Assembly: GCF_036321535.1 (NCBI RefSeq)
Contig: NC_087437.1
Coordinates: 61,878,001-61,942,000 of the forward strand
Source of the DNA: Camelus dromedarius
Lineage: Eukaryota
Direction of reading: 5' to 3'
DNA length: 64,000 nucleotides
Both the position numbers and the translations under genes were made by a program. Below the pieces are notes generated by a model, which did not search any database, was not told the origin of the DNA, and saw nothing but the letters and a program-made list of their open reading frames with translations. Shown in pieces: positions 1 to 11,415 of this stretch. Each line of letters begins with the position of its first letter. The first letter of the stretch is position 1.

Positions 1-333
1 AACTGTCTATAGAGGTCATTAAGTCAGGACTATACCATTAAGTGTTCAATGTTGCCAGGGCTTTTTAACCTTTCAGAATTGGTTTCTTAGTCTCTTGGTC
101 ATTTCTTATTTTCATAAAAAAATGTAATGGTTTTTTGGTGTAGCATTAAGTCACATGGCACATAAAGACCTACAGTCTTCTTGTTCCTGTACAAAATAAA
201 AGGGGCCCAATGGGATACAGAACTGGAAATCCTAAAGAAAAGGATACAGTCCCACAAAACCATGGAAGTCATTGATACTTCTACTTTACTCCTACTTCCC
301 ACGTTGGGTAGTGCATTTTGGTATTACCTGTAA

Positions 334-1241
334 CAGAGGTCAGCAAACATTTTCTGTAAAGGACCAGATAGTAAATATTTTTAGCTCTGTGGGCATAGGT
401 CTTTGTTAGAACTACAGGTGACCCTTGAATAATGCAAGGGTTAGGGGCACCAACCCCCCACGCATACCTTATGTTTACATGGTCTGCTTACAAGATGAAT
501 CATCTGTCTGTCAGTACCTACCTCAGTATTGTCTTACATAATACAAACACTGTAGCTGTTATATGTATTACTAACACTTGACATCAAAAATGAGAAGATA
601 ATGTGAAAAAAATTCTTATTTATTTACAGGTATAATGATTCGTGCATTGATAATGAAGAAACAGCAACATGATTGCTTTATGATAGCTTAGTGTAATCGG
701 CTTCGTGGTAGCCTAGCCCATACACTAATGAATAGTTATAAAATTTTTATGGCATACAGTATTATAATCATATTCAGAATATAAAATTGGAAACATTATT
801 ATATTGAAAAAATGACATACCTGTGATGATTTGCAGTTTTTCACATGAGAGAGGCATACTGTACGGTAATGTAATTCTGGTAATGTAATTCTTTGAAAGC
901 AAAGTTATAAAACAGTAAGAAAACTAACATATTATTAATTTTATACTAAATATCACTCACCTCACCCCTTTGTAAGGATAGACTATCCACTTCAATACAA
1001 GTCTTGCACATGATGTTCTACATGTATATTTTTTGTATGTTTATTGGAAAAAATCCACATATAAGTAGACCTGCAATTCAAACCCATATTGTTTAAGGAT
1101 CAACACTACTTAACCCAGCTTTGTATTATGAAAGCGGCCATAGATAATATGTTGGATAGGCATGGATGTGTTCCAACAAAACATTATTTATACAAATAGG
1201 AGGCCAGATTTGGCCTAAAGGCCATAGTCTGCAAACCCCTG
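334..1241 (+). mobile_element. hAT-Charlie MER58-like non-autonomous DNA transposon, split by a Tigger insertion
   Basis: Left end CAGAGGTCAGCAAAC...AAAGGACCAGATAGTAAATATTTT and right end GGCCATAGTCTGCAAACCCCTG are imperfect terminal inverted repeats resembling the recalled MER58A consensus. A similar copy is at ~63505-63690. Confidence 0.7.
415..1106. mobile_element. Tc1/mariner Tigger2-like element nested in the MER58-like copy
   Basis: Inverted termini CAGGTGACCCTTGAATAATG and CATATTGTTTAAGGATCAAC, flanked by TA dinucleotides. Internal motifs GGGTTAGGGGCACCAACCCC and AAAAATCCACATATAAGT resemble Tigger2 ends. Confidence 0.7.
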
Positions 1242-1244
1242 GTC

Positions 1245-1572
1245 TACAGGCTTGCTACTTTAAAAATGTGGTCTGAATTAACTTGATGGTTTGAGTCCTT
1301 TCACTATATATGTGTATATCAAATCACTACAAGTACACTTTAAATATCTTACATTTTTTGTCAATTATGCCTCATTAAAACTGAAAGAAGAAAAAAAAAG
1401 TGGTTGGAAGATCAGTAACATCTCTATCACCTGAGAACTTGTTAGAAATGTGTAATCTCAGCCCCTAATCTCAAAGTTAGAGAACCAGAATCTGCATTTC
1501 AGTAAGACTCCCGTGTGGTTTATGTATATACGCACACACACATACACTCACATTAAAGTTTAAGAAGCACTG
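1245..1572. mobile_element. MER5A-like hAT element interrupted by a short L1 3'-end fragment (~1283-1400)
   Basis: TCACCTGAGAACTTGTTAGAAATG...AGAATCTGCATTT...AAGTTTAAGAAGCACTG is typical of MER5A. The internal piece TATATCAAATCACTACAAGTACACTTTAAATATCTTACA plus an A-tail is typical of an L1 3' end. Confidence 0.6.
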
Positions 1573-2478
1573 ATCTATACTTTTAGTTTTAGGCCAGTCT
1601 TCCGCATTCCCAGTTTATCTGTAATTAGTGTGCCTTAATTTATTTAAACAATCCATGACACTGATTTAAAAAACCAAGGAATTTCTAGACCTATGTATGT
1701 CAAACATTTAGTACTGTGGGACTATATACTTTGAATTACTGCTGACACTATTTTGCATTAATGTGGGATTTCAAAATTGACTTCAGGAGGTATATTTCAA
1801 ATTGAGGTTTTTGATGCCAGCAAAGGTAGTGAAGTGTAAATTAAAAGGTTGTTTGATTCCAATGAATTACACACCTGAAAATGTAACTTAAACAGAAAGC
1901 ATTTTGCCTTTAACATTCACTTTGAGGCATTTCAAAATCAAAAACACACTTCTTTCTTTTAGAATTGGAGTGATTATAGGAGGATTTTTAAGTAAATTGA
2001 TTGAATTAATAGTCTACTAAGAACCAGACGTTTTAAGAGTAGATAAAGAAACCCATTTAACCATCCATCTTTCATCTAACCTCAATATTTCAGCTGGGTA
2101 TCATTTCTATTCTAGAAATATTTTTATATTAGAGGTTCAGAAAATACTATTCATTGTAAAATTGGTTAAAATGAGTAGCCATTTAGGAGTTTATTTGGTT
2201 ATTATGATGTTTGCTGTTCCTTAGTAGATTTAGGTTTATAAGGCATAAGAACATTGTTGGGGTTGATGAGGCATAAGCACATTTGAAAAGAATGTGCTGT
2301 GATAGTAATCCAGATGGTGAAGTCTCTCTTGACATGAATAACAAATTTAATATAGCTTCCCCACATTTGTGCATTGTTAACTTAAAAAATACATATTTCT
2401 TATATTTAAATTTAAAATCATTAACATTAACCAATCACAAATTATGAACATTAGTATAACATTTAAAAGAATGGTACT

Positions 2479-2487
2479 AAAAAAAAG

Positions 2488-2542
<55 letters not shown>

Positions 2543-2571
2543 AACAATTAAAAAATCAAATAAAATAAATG
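2479..2571 (+). repeat. (TAAA)n A-rich tract flanked by a 13-bp direct repeat (retroposon tail)
   Basis: AAAGAATGGTACT occurs at 2466-2478 and again at 2572-2584. Confidence 0.85.
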
Positions 2572-3799
2572 AAAGAATGGTACTGTTTGAGCAACATTAA
2601 AGAACCTGGTGACAAACTGCAGTCATATACATGTCCTATCTAACAATGACACTGATACACGAAATATTTATCAAGTGCCTCTCATATTCCAGACACTACA
2701 GCACCAAAGACCATAACCACGGACCTGGCCTGCGTGTTGTAAATAAGTCAAATATATTTTCCCCACAGCTTATTTTGTTCTTTGAAAATAATATTATGAA
2801 TTTAGTATAATTAAACACTTCAGAGACAGTTTTGGAAAAGTAAAAGGAAAAAAATCTGTAATTCACCACCCTAACAACACAACCTTCACTTTTTGAGATT
2901 GCATTCCAATTTTTCTTTATAATTATACTTTATGTTCAATCTTGTTATATTTCCTTTTTTTCAGTTAATATCCTTTTTTTGGTGAAATACACACACAAAA
3001 GACTGAATAGAATGCATACAAACAGTTCAGAGAACAATGGTAAAACAAATACCTGTGTACCCACCTCTCAGATTAAGTTATAGGACATTGCCAGATCTTG
3101 GAAGCTCTCTGAGTGCCCCTTCCAGCTGTAGTCTTCTACTTTTTCCCACATGTAACCACCTACTTGTCTTTCGTGTTAATCATCCCCCTACTTTTCTTGA
3201 TAGTTTCGCCACTTACATATGTACCCCATAACAATGTTACTTAGTTTAGAAGAAAGTGAATAGCCAGTACAAGTGTAGCTGTATAAGGAAAGGGCTATAT
3301 TACCATTCATAGAAGAATGCTTTCAGGATAGGAGAAACTAAACAGAGTCTCTGGCTTCAGCTTCTTATAAATTATTGAGAAAGCTTAGAAGAGCCCTTTC
3401 AGAAATCAGAACCTATAGTTGTGAGTGAGTCCTGTGAAATATTCAGCTCACAGAGTTTGGTATGAGCCAGGTACTGGACATCCGTTAGGAATGTGGGCAG
3501 GGAGAGTGAGCTGTCTTAGTATTTTCTGCTTTTAAGCAAACTGGGACCTACCTCCAACTCTGAGGAGTAGGTTGAAGCCAGAACATGTCTATGGGTGAAA
3601 TGAGTGTCTTTAGCCAATCCAGACAGGAGGACATGGAGAGGAAAGTAGGCACTTCATCAACAGATGGTCAACACAAGCCACATACAGATACAACTGGGAC
3701 GAGTTTCACTAGGGCATTCTGTCCTCGGGTTTAAAAAGGTGATACAATGGCAGCGTGAAGTCCAAGGATGACAGTTTCAATATGTCTGTCTCTTGAATA

Positions 3800-5480
3800 A
3801 CATCACTCTAATCTGGACCGATTTCCCTGTGTCTACTGTACAGCTTTCTTCCTGGGATGTCCTTTCATTGTTCTCCTGGGATTTTCTTCACTTTTCTTTT
3901 GTGCTAGGTCGGTTTTCTGAACTCTTTTCTTCTTCTTTGGTTGCCTCTCATTTTAGGGGAGCCAATCTTCCTTTAAGTTCTAAGAAAGGTTTGTGGGAGG
4001 CAAAATGTGAAAATGTGTATCTGAAATGTCTTCATTTTGTCTTCGTGTTTGATTGCTAATATGGATAGACTTCTTATCTTGTAAATAAATTTCTTTTAGA
4101 ATATTGCCTTCTTGCTCTAGGGTTCTGATGAAAAGACTAAAGTCATCCTAGTTCCTGACCTTTAGTTTGTGATATGTTTTGTTTGTTTTTCTCTCTGAAA
4201 TTGTTTGGAATCTTTGTCCCCAAAAGTCTGAAATTTCACAATGATATATCTTGGAATAGGATTCTTTATATCCATTGTCTCTGGACATTTGGTGGGCTTT
4301 TTCAATATGACAATTTATATTTTTACGTTCTCTGAAGTTTTCTTGAATTATTTCATTTGTGATTTTCTCATCTCCATTTTTTCCTCTTCTCTCTGAAATC
4401 CTTACTACATGGCTATTGGGCTTCCTGGTCTGGTCCTCTGTTTTTCTCTTTTCTTTCTCTCTCCTCTGTTTTGGGAGATTTCCTCACCTTTATATTCTAA
4501 CCCTTCTCTTGAGTTTTAACTTTTGCTATCATGTTTTAAATTTTTCTGAATTTTCTTTTTCAATAAGCATTCGGGTTTCATGTATGTAATATCTTCTCAA
4601 TCCTCTGAAGATACTATTTTTAAGTCTTTTGTTTTTTAGTTCATCCTGTGAGATTTCTGTTTCTTTCAACTCTATTTCTTTATTTGAGTCTTTATATTCC
4701 TAATTAGAGATGTTCTCAGAGATCTGGTGTTTCTTAGATTTCTGCTCATGACTAAGTGTAGGGGAACTAAAAACCTGATTTTAAGTTTTGAACATGTCCA
4801 GATGTTCTTTTCATTTGCTTTTGAGTGTTGGGTAATCTGGTTTTGTTTGGGAACCTGGTGTTATTATCACTAGGTTTTTCCTCTAGAGTTAGTCAAATTT
4901 CCCCAGAAGAAAATTCTTCTAATTTCCTGCTTAGTAGGTAAAGCAACTAGGAGTTAGGGAAGTAAAGAGGGCTGGGTTGGAAAGGGTCTTAGTAGTTAAC
5001 ATTTAATTTATATAGGGTTACTTCATACTTTTATCATATGGTATCCACTCTTAGAAGTCCCTGATGTTCCCTAGTCTAGAGAAGAAGCCACCTTCTTTCA
5101 CTCTCCAGAAATTAAACCTCTAGACTTTGGCTGAAGTGCAAGAAGGGCAGTTACCAACAGTATGGAGATTGGAATGGGATTTAGGGATCAATTGCTTTGC
5201 ACACAGATTTCATTCAGTCATCTTTATTTTAGCATTCTGACCCCCCCCCCCCATCCAGTGGTACCTGATACTGACAGTTCTTGAACCTCTCAGGAATCCG
5301 TAGTAAAATACTGCTTAAGCAGTCAGCTTTCTACTTAACTCCCAAAATTTTGTTGCTTTTTGTCTACTTTCCTGATATCTCTAGGTTAGCCTTTATATTT
5401 ATTTAATAAAATTTTAATAGAATTTCAATAGAAAGTGAAATTAAGATGTATGGGTTCAGTATATCATCTGAAACTGAAAC
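3800..5480 (-). mobile_element. Ancient HAL1/L1ME-like LINE relic
   Basis: Long T-rich degenerate stretch containing CTGAAATTTCACAATGATAT and TTTGGTGGGCTTTTTCAAT, typical of antisense HAL1/L1 ORF1-region sequence. Boundaries are approximate. Confidence 0.5.
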
Positions 5481-6558
5481 ATCAGTGTCTTTTGCATTAC
5501 TTGTATCATCTTCATAATCATCTTTTTAAATAACTATAATAGTCCATTAAGAGAAATTTCTGTATTTAAGTTAACTAGAACCACAGTTAAAAACATACAC
5601 TGTTTTAACTTTATTTGCATATTTCTTTTCTTTCATTTGTATTATTTTCTAAGACTAGATTCCTGGAAGAATAGTTACTAGGCTAAATGGATATGAACAT
5701 CTTCAAGCTTTTGAAAGATATTGCCAGATTGTTTTCTCAAAGAGTTGAATCAGTTTGCAGTACCTCCCCATTTTCTGCTTTAAGTAAAATGTTTAGTCTT
5801 TGTTATACTTAGCGGACTTTAAGTATCAAAAGCTCTCTTCTTGGAAATAGTTCTCTTGTGCTTAAAATTAAATACAAATTACAGTTTTGCTTTGGTCAAT
5901 GATCTCTTTAGTCTATTCTCAAGGAGTGGCGTGTATTGCCTTTTCTCATATCTCCTATCTCAATCAGTCATCCACAATTTATTTTTAAAGTAGGAAAGGG
6001 AGAAAAAAAAAGCCTGGCTAACTTTTACTTTAAACTTTACCACCATTTCCCTTTTGATACTTTTATCCAATCTAAGAATTTGAGGATTTTTTTCTCCTTT
6101 TACCTGACCCTGTTGAAGTTCTGAACTGGGGTTTAATCTTAACTGTTTGAAAAGGCTTTCATTTCCTTATTTTTTTAATGAGACAAAGCACTTTTATTTT
6201 GTGACTCTAATGCCCATCTAGAAGGAAATGTTTTCAGAGATAAGAATAGTTGTCTACAGATATACCAGGTCTCTGAGAAGACGTTTCATTAGAAATAGAA
6301 AGACCAAACTAAAGAAACAGACTTGGAAACAGAAATCTCACAGAAGAATAGAGGACCAGACCAGGAAGGTCCTCACCTTTATCCTCTAACCCTTCTCTTA
6401 AGTTTTAGTTTTGGCTATCATGCTTTAAATATTTCTGAATTTTCTTTTTAAAAAACTTTCTTGTTTAATGTATATTATCTTCTCAGTTCTCTGAAGATAT
6501 TAATAATTTTTTTGTATTGCCCTGTTTGGTTGACTTGTTACTGTTGTTGTTGTTTTAG

Positions 6559-7057
6559 GTGGTGCTTCCTACATTTATCCTAGAGAAGCGTTCCTTGCTG
6601 GAAATGTATGCAGACTTTATGTCTCATCCAGACCTATTTATAGCCATCACTAATGGAGCTACAGCTGAGGACAGAATGATTCGTTTTGTTGAGTACTACC
6701 TTACCTCATTTCATGAAGGCCGTAAGGGAGCCATTGCTAAGAAACCGTACAATCCTATCATTGGAGAAACATTTCACTGTTCTTGGAGGATGCCAAAAAG
6801 CGAGGTAGCATCCAGTGGTATTAGCAGCTCTTCCACCCAGGCTGTTGCAAATCATGCTCCTCCATCAGAGGAGGCTTTGAGCCAAGTTGGATCAGACTGT
6901 TATACAGTCAGATTTGTTGCTGAGCAGGTTTCCCATCATCCTCCAGTCTCCGGATTTTATGCAGAATGTGCAGAAAGGAAGATGTGTGTAAATGCGCACG
7001 TGTGGACTAAGAGTAAATTCTTAGGCATGTCGATAGGCGTGACGATGATTGGAGAAG
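6559..7057 (+). CDS. OSBPL11: OSBPL11 internal coding exon (499 bp, phase 0 to 1), oxysterol-binding-protein-related domain
   Basis: Acceptor ttttag|GTG and donor GAAG|gtaagt. The translation [20 protein letters not shown]...[12 protein letters not shown]...EQVSHHPP carries the OSBP fingerprint and matches the recalled ORP11 sequence. Confidence 0.97.
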
Positions 7058-7956
7058 GTAAGTAGAAAAATTACTTTCCAATTTTTAATATCAAACTATA
7101 ATCTTAAATATAAATATTAATTATAAATTTGAACTGTTATATGTACTACTTTTTTTTCCCAGTTCCTAGTAAGTTCCAGAATGCTGGTGGAAGGGGAGGG
7201 GCATATCTATCAACAAATAAATTTTTTTTACATTATTTTTTCTGGTTTTAAATGTGAATTATTTTTATTGTAGAAAATTTGGAAAATTACTATAAAAACT
7301 ATTATAAAAGTTATAAAAAGTGCTCAAGAAATATCTTCTAGGTAAATTTATATCTACATCTTGTATTTCATAGGAGATATTCATAGAATATTTTAAAACA
7401 TATTGTCAAACTTTTCATTCTACTTCAGCAAGTGATTATGAAAAACAATGTAAGGAAATATAGTGTTTTTTGGCTAAAAATACAAAAAACTAACAACAAC
7501 AACGAAAAATCTCTACAGAAATCATTGCAGAGTTAATGAAAATACAATGGCAGAAAAAAACTGCCGTTTTAATGTTAAAGGAACACTCTTGTGCATAGAA
7601 TAATTTGTTCTCAACATAAACTTACAGTGTAAGCATGGTGTAATTAAGTCTGTGACTAACATTTTGATACTGTATTATTTTAAATGTGAAGAAAATATTT
7701 TAGCCCCCTTTTCAGCTTTCTTCATTTTTAACATCTGTTGCAATATGTCTTACCAATTTCCAGATAATGTTTCAAACTAATTAAAACTTTTGTAACGCTA
7801 GAAAATATTTTATTAATAAAAGTTTGCTACCTCCAGTTATAAGCTCTATAAAATTAGCTGTAGGCTCTTCGAAATCAGTTTACTAATTTTAGAGATGAAG
7901 AATCTGAAGTCTAGAGGTGATAGGATATGTTCAGGATCATAAAAGTTAAAGCATAT

Positions 7957-8096
7957 AGAAAGGAAGGAAGGAAGGAAGAAGGAAAGAAGGAAGGAAGGGA
8001 GGGAGGGAAGTAAGGAAGGAAGGAAGAAAAGAAAGAAAGAAAGGAAAGAAAGAAAGAAAAAGAAAGAAAAGAGAAAAGAAGAAAAAAGAGAAAAAA
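7957..8096 (+). repeat. Polypurine (GGAA)n/(GAAA)n microsatellite
   Basis: About 140 nt of A/G with a single T at 8011. Confidence 0.95.
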
Positions 8097-8229
8097 TTAA
8101 GGCATTGTCAGATTTAGACCCTCATTCTTTGACACACTCACCGAGGACAGTTACTCTTATCATCAGTTCATGAAACGGAAAGTATCTGGTAATGGTAGCT
8201 TCTCCCAATCCAAGAAAGGAAATACTTTA

Positions 8230-8362
8230 GGGGTGTTATAGCTCAGTGGTAGAGTGTGTGCTTACTATGCACGAGGTCTTGGGTTCAATCCCCAGTACCT
8301 CCATTAAATCAAACAAACAAACAAACAAACCTAATTACCCTTCAAAAAATTAATTTAAAAAG
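8230..8362 (+). mobile_element. tRNA-derived SINE (camelid Vic-1-like)
   Basis: A box TAGCTCAGTGGTAGAG, B box GGTTCAATCCC and an A-rich tail. Target-site duplication AAGAAAGGAAATAC at 8212-8225 and 8363-8376. Confidence 0.88.
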
Positions 8363-10385
8363 AAGAAAGGAAATACCTCAAGAAATGAGGGAAAGCATTT
8401 ATATCTTAACCATAGTTGTGAAAGAGGTATACGATAGTTAATTTGATTATTTAAGTGTTAATTATGTACTCATGGGTTTTCCTTTTAAAAATTAAACTGC
8501 TATTGGCACCCTCAACAGAAATTAAATCAGGGAATGGAACTTCTGACACTTTACTTTGCTTCTGTTAGCAGCCATGTTTTTATGGGGGAAAATTCTGTTT
8601 AATTATTAGATAAATGGGATTTTAGAATTCTTTGAATTTCAGTTATCCTAACTAGTCTTTTTTTCCCATTCATTAGGAACTGGTTCTATATTTCTTAGAT
8701 CTTAAATTCCATAGTGTAAGTTAAATATATGTTAAATATATTCTTAGAAATTAAAGATCATAAATCCAGTTTATAAGATCACATGTTTTTAGAAAATTAC
8801 ATGATATTCTTTCCAACTTAGAATTAATCAACAGTTATTATTAAATACTTGAAATATAACCAAGTGTGTTATCTGTAGGTATTCTGACAACTCCCATTAC
8901 ATATAAGCATATTAGTGCCAGAACCGTGTTCCTTTTCAAAGGGCTCAATAATTCTTGATTTATTGTTGCCCTTTGTGAAAACTGTTAAAGACAGTACAAA
9001 AAATAGTTGGTGTTGCTTTATGCAAAGTAGCCTGCTTTAGAATCTCAGTTTGTCCATTTGTTTATCCTAAAGATTGACTATATTAAAATATTTATCATAA
9101 TTTTTGCCCTGATTTGAGAATATTAAGAACATTGTTCTTCAAGAGCCATATATATAGCCTCATGAATAAATCTCAAGAGCAGTGTTGAGTGACAAAATCA
9201 AGCTGCAAAATGATAGGTGCAGTTAATACCATTTATACAAAGTTCCAAGTACGTCGAACAAAAATGTCTTTTTTATGATGACATAGAAACTTCCTAAGAA
9301 CCAGAAGTCTGGATGAGAAAGATACTTACCAACTTGAGAGTGCCAGTTCTATGGAGCAAGGGAGTTGGGAGAATGAGTGCAGGGAAACACAAAAAGGGGC
9401 TTTAACTGTACCTGTTTTTTAAAAAATATCTGATGTCAACAAGGCAAACATTAACATTTGTTAAATCTAGATCTTAAATGCACAGATGTTTTGCCCTCTA
9501 GTTTCTGTCTGAAGTATTTCATAATTAAGAAAGCTATTTTATAAAGGAAAAAAGTGTGTGTTTACCAGGAGCATATGTGAAATCATGTTTATTCTATTAA
9601 ATTGTTTATCATACACTGTCTTCATAAGTGTTACAAAACTAAAATTTAGCCGCCACCCAAAAAAACCCAGCATAATTCTTAATGAGCATCCGTTAGGAGA
9701 GAGATACCGCAAGTATCCAGACTAGTAGCACGTATCCAGTTCAGTATTTGTTTTTATGGTAAACTAGGTAATGAGTTTAGGTTAGTAATATAGCTCAGTC
9801 TCCTTAGTGTCCCTTAATTATCTAGAATAGATTGATTATTCATTAATGTAATTCCCTTTTTTACATGTTGTTTATGGAACAAGCCCCATTAGAATAATAT
9901 TTGAAAACTACCACTTCTCTCTCGTAGCTTCACCTTACATATTTCAGAGTGTGGCAAGCAAAATTATTATGCCTTTGGTTTATGTTTTAATATGCATAAA
10001 ATAGAATGAAGAGCACTTCTCCCTTCTCCCCCATCAAACCATTTGAGATTAGGTCTATGACTCTATAAATTAGATATTTAGTTATTCCAAAAACTGCTTA
10101 AAAACTTACTAGTACTAACTAATGATCAGGTCTTATGATAATAAAGTATAGCATGGACCTAAATTCTATCTCAAGGTTTTATTTTGTTTTTAGGAGCATT
10201 AGAGGGAACTCTTAAACTGCTTCCACTGTAACATTTTCTGGTCCCATGATCTCCAAAGGGATAGTAAGATCATAATGAAAGTAACCTTGAAGCCAATTTC
10301 ATCCAAAACCAAAAGAAAATTTAAGCAAAATTATGACGTTTATTTACCAGGCAGGAGAAAATCTAATACAGATTTTTCATAGCTG

Positions 10386-10449
<64 letters not shown>

Positions 10450-10482
10450 CTTTTTCTCTCTCTCTCTCTCTCTCCCTTTTTT
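10386..10482 (+). repeat. (CT)n polypyrimidine microsatellite just upstream of an OSBPL11 acceptor
   Basis: About 97 nt of uninterrupted C/T. Confidence 0.95.
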
Positions 10483-10517
10483 AAAAATGTTAACCACTTT
10501 CGTGTTTTCACATTCAG

Positions 10518-10704
10518 GTATCCTCAGTCTACTGGAGCATGGAGAAGAGTATACATTTTCTCTACCTTGTGCATATGCCCGGTCAATTTTAACTGTTCCT
10601 TGGGTAGAACTAGGTGGCAAAGTCAGTGTCAACTGTGCAAAAACTGGGTATTCAGCCAGCATCACTTTTCATACTAAGCCTTTTTATGGTGGCAAACTGC
10701 ACCG
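10518..10704 (+). CDS. OSBPL11: OSBPL11 coding exon (187 bp, phase 1 to 2)
   Basis: Acceptor ttcag|GT and donor CACCG|gtaaga. The translation (G)[35 protein letters not shown]...PFYGGKLHR continues the frame. Confidence 0.97.
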
Positions 10705-11337
10705 GTAAGAATATTTTGATACCTGGTTCTTAAATTCTGTCAGTTTGATCTTATATTATAACTCCTTACCCTTTTTCTGCTTAGTTTTATGTGAAAGGGG
10801 GTTGGATTTTTACTCATGTTTACTTTTTGTTTAACATATTTGATCTTTGAAGGCATCCTGGAAATCATGATCTGGTTTTAAAAATAGTGACATCTATCTA
10901 CTCTTGTAAACTAGAACTTACAATAAATGAATATGTGGTTTCTGGCCCAATTTCTGCCTTTAAAGGAATACAGACTTGGATCCAGACCTCAGGGGAGGTA
11001 GTATTGCTACAGGTTAGGGTGAAAATACATCTAATTGTAAGAAATAATTCAGGAAGCACAATGATGGGGGCCAGTGTGTCTAGGCACCAATATTGGATGA
11101 TGGCCTTGTGCTAATTCCATCTAGGAACTGGCTAGTTATTATAATACCCCTTTAGTGGGTTGTTGGTCTCTTCAGCACTTGTCCAGATCACCCACCTACA
11201 TGAAGAAACATTTTCTAATAGGATCCTCAAAGTGATACTGGCTCTTTCCTTAAGCCTTTGATGTCTATTCTGTCTGTCTTGAAGTAGGGATAAGTTTTCT
11301 TTTCCTACAAAGTTTTTATTGAAGAATAACATACACA

Positions 11338-11415
11338 CAAAAGTATACAAGTTGATTTGGAGTCATTTCAAATGGCACTATTTGAAATGGCTCCAAATCA
11401 ACTTGTATACTTTTG
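11338..11415. repeat. Inverted repeat: 36-bp arms, 6-nt loop, one T/G mismatch
   Basis: Left arm CAAAAGTATACAAGTTGATTTGGAGTCATTTCAAAT, loop GGCACT, right arm ATTTGAAATGGCTCCAAATCAACTTGTATACTTTTG. Confidence 0.95.

Noticed and set aside
8230..8305. Apparent tRNA gene
   Set aside because: It has an A-rich tail, a TSD, a degenerate acceptor stem and several diverged copies in the window, so it is a SINE.
10333..10677. ORFs with SLSLSL and ERERER runs
   Set aside because: These are translations of the (CT)n microsatellite overlapping the real exon in other frames.
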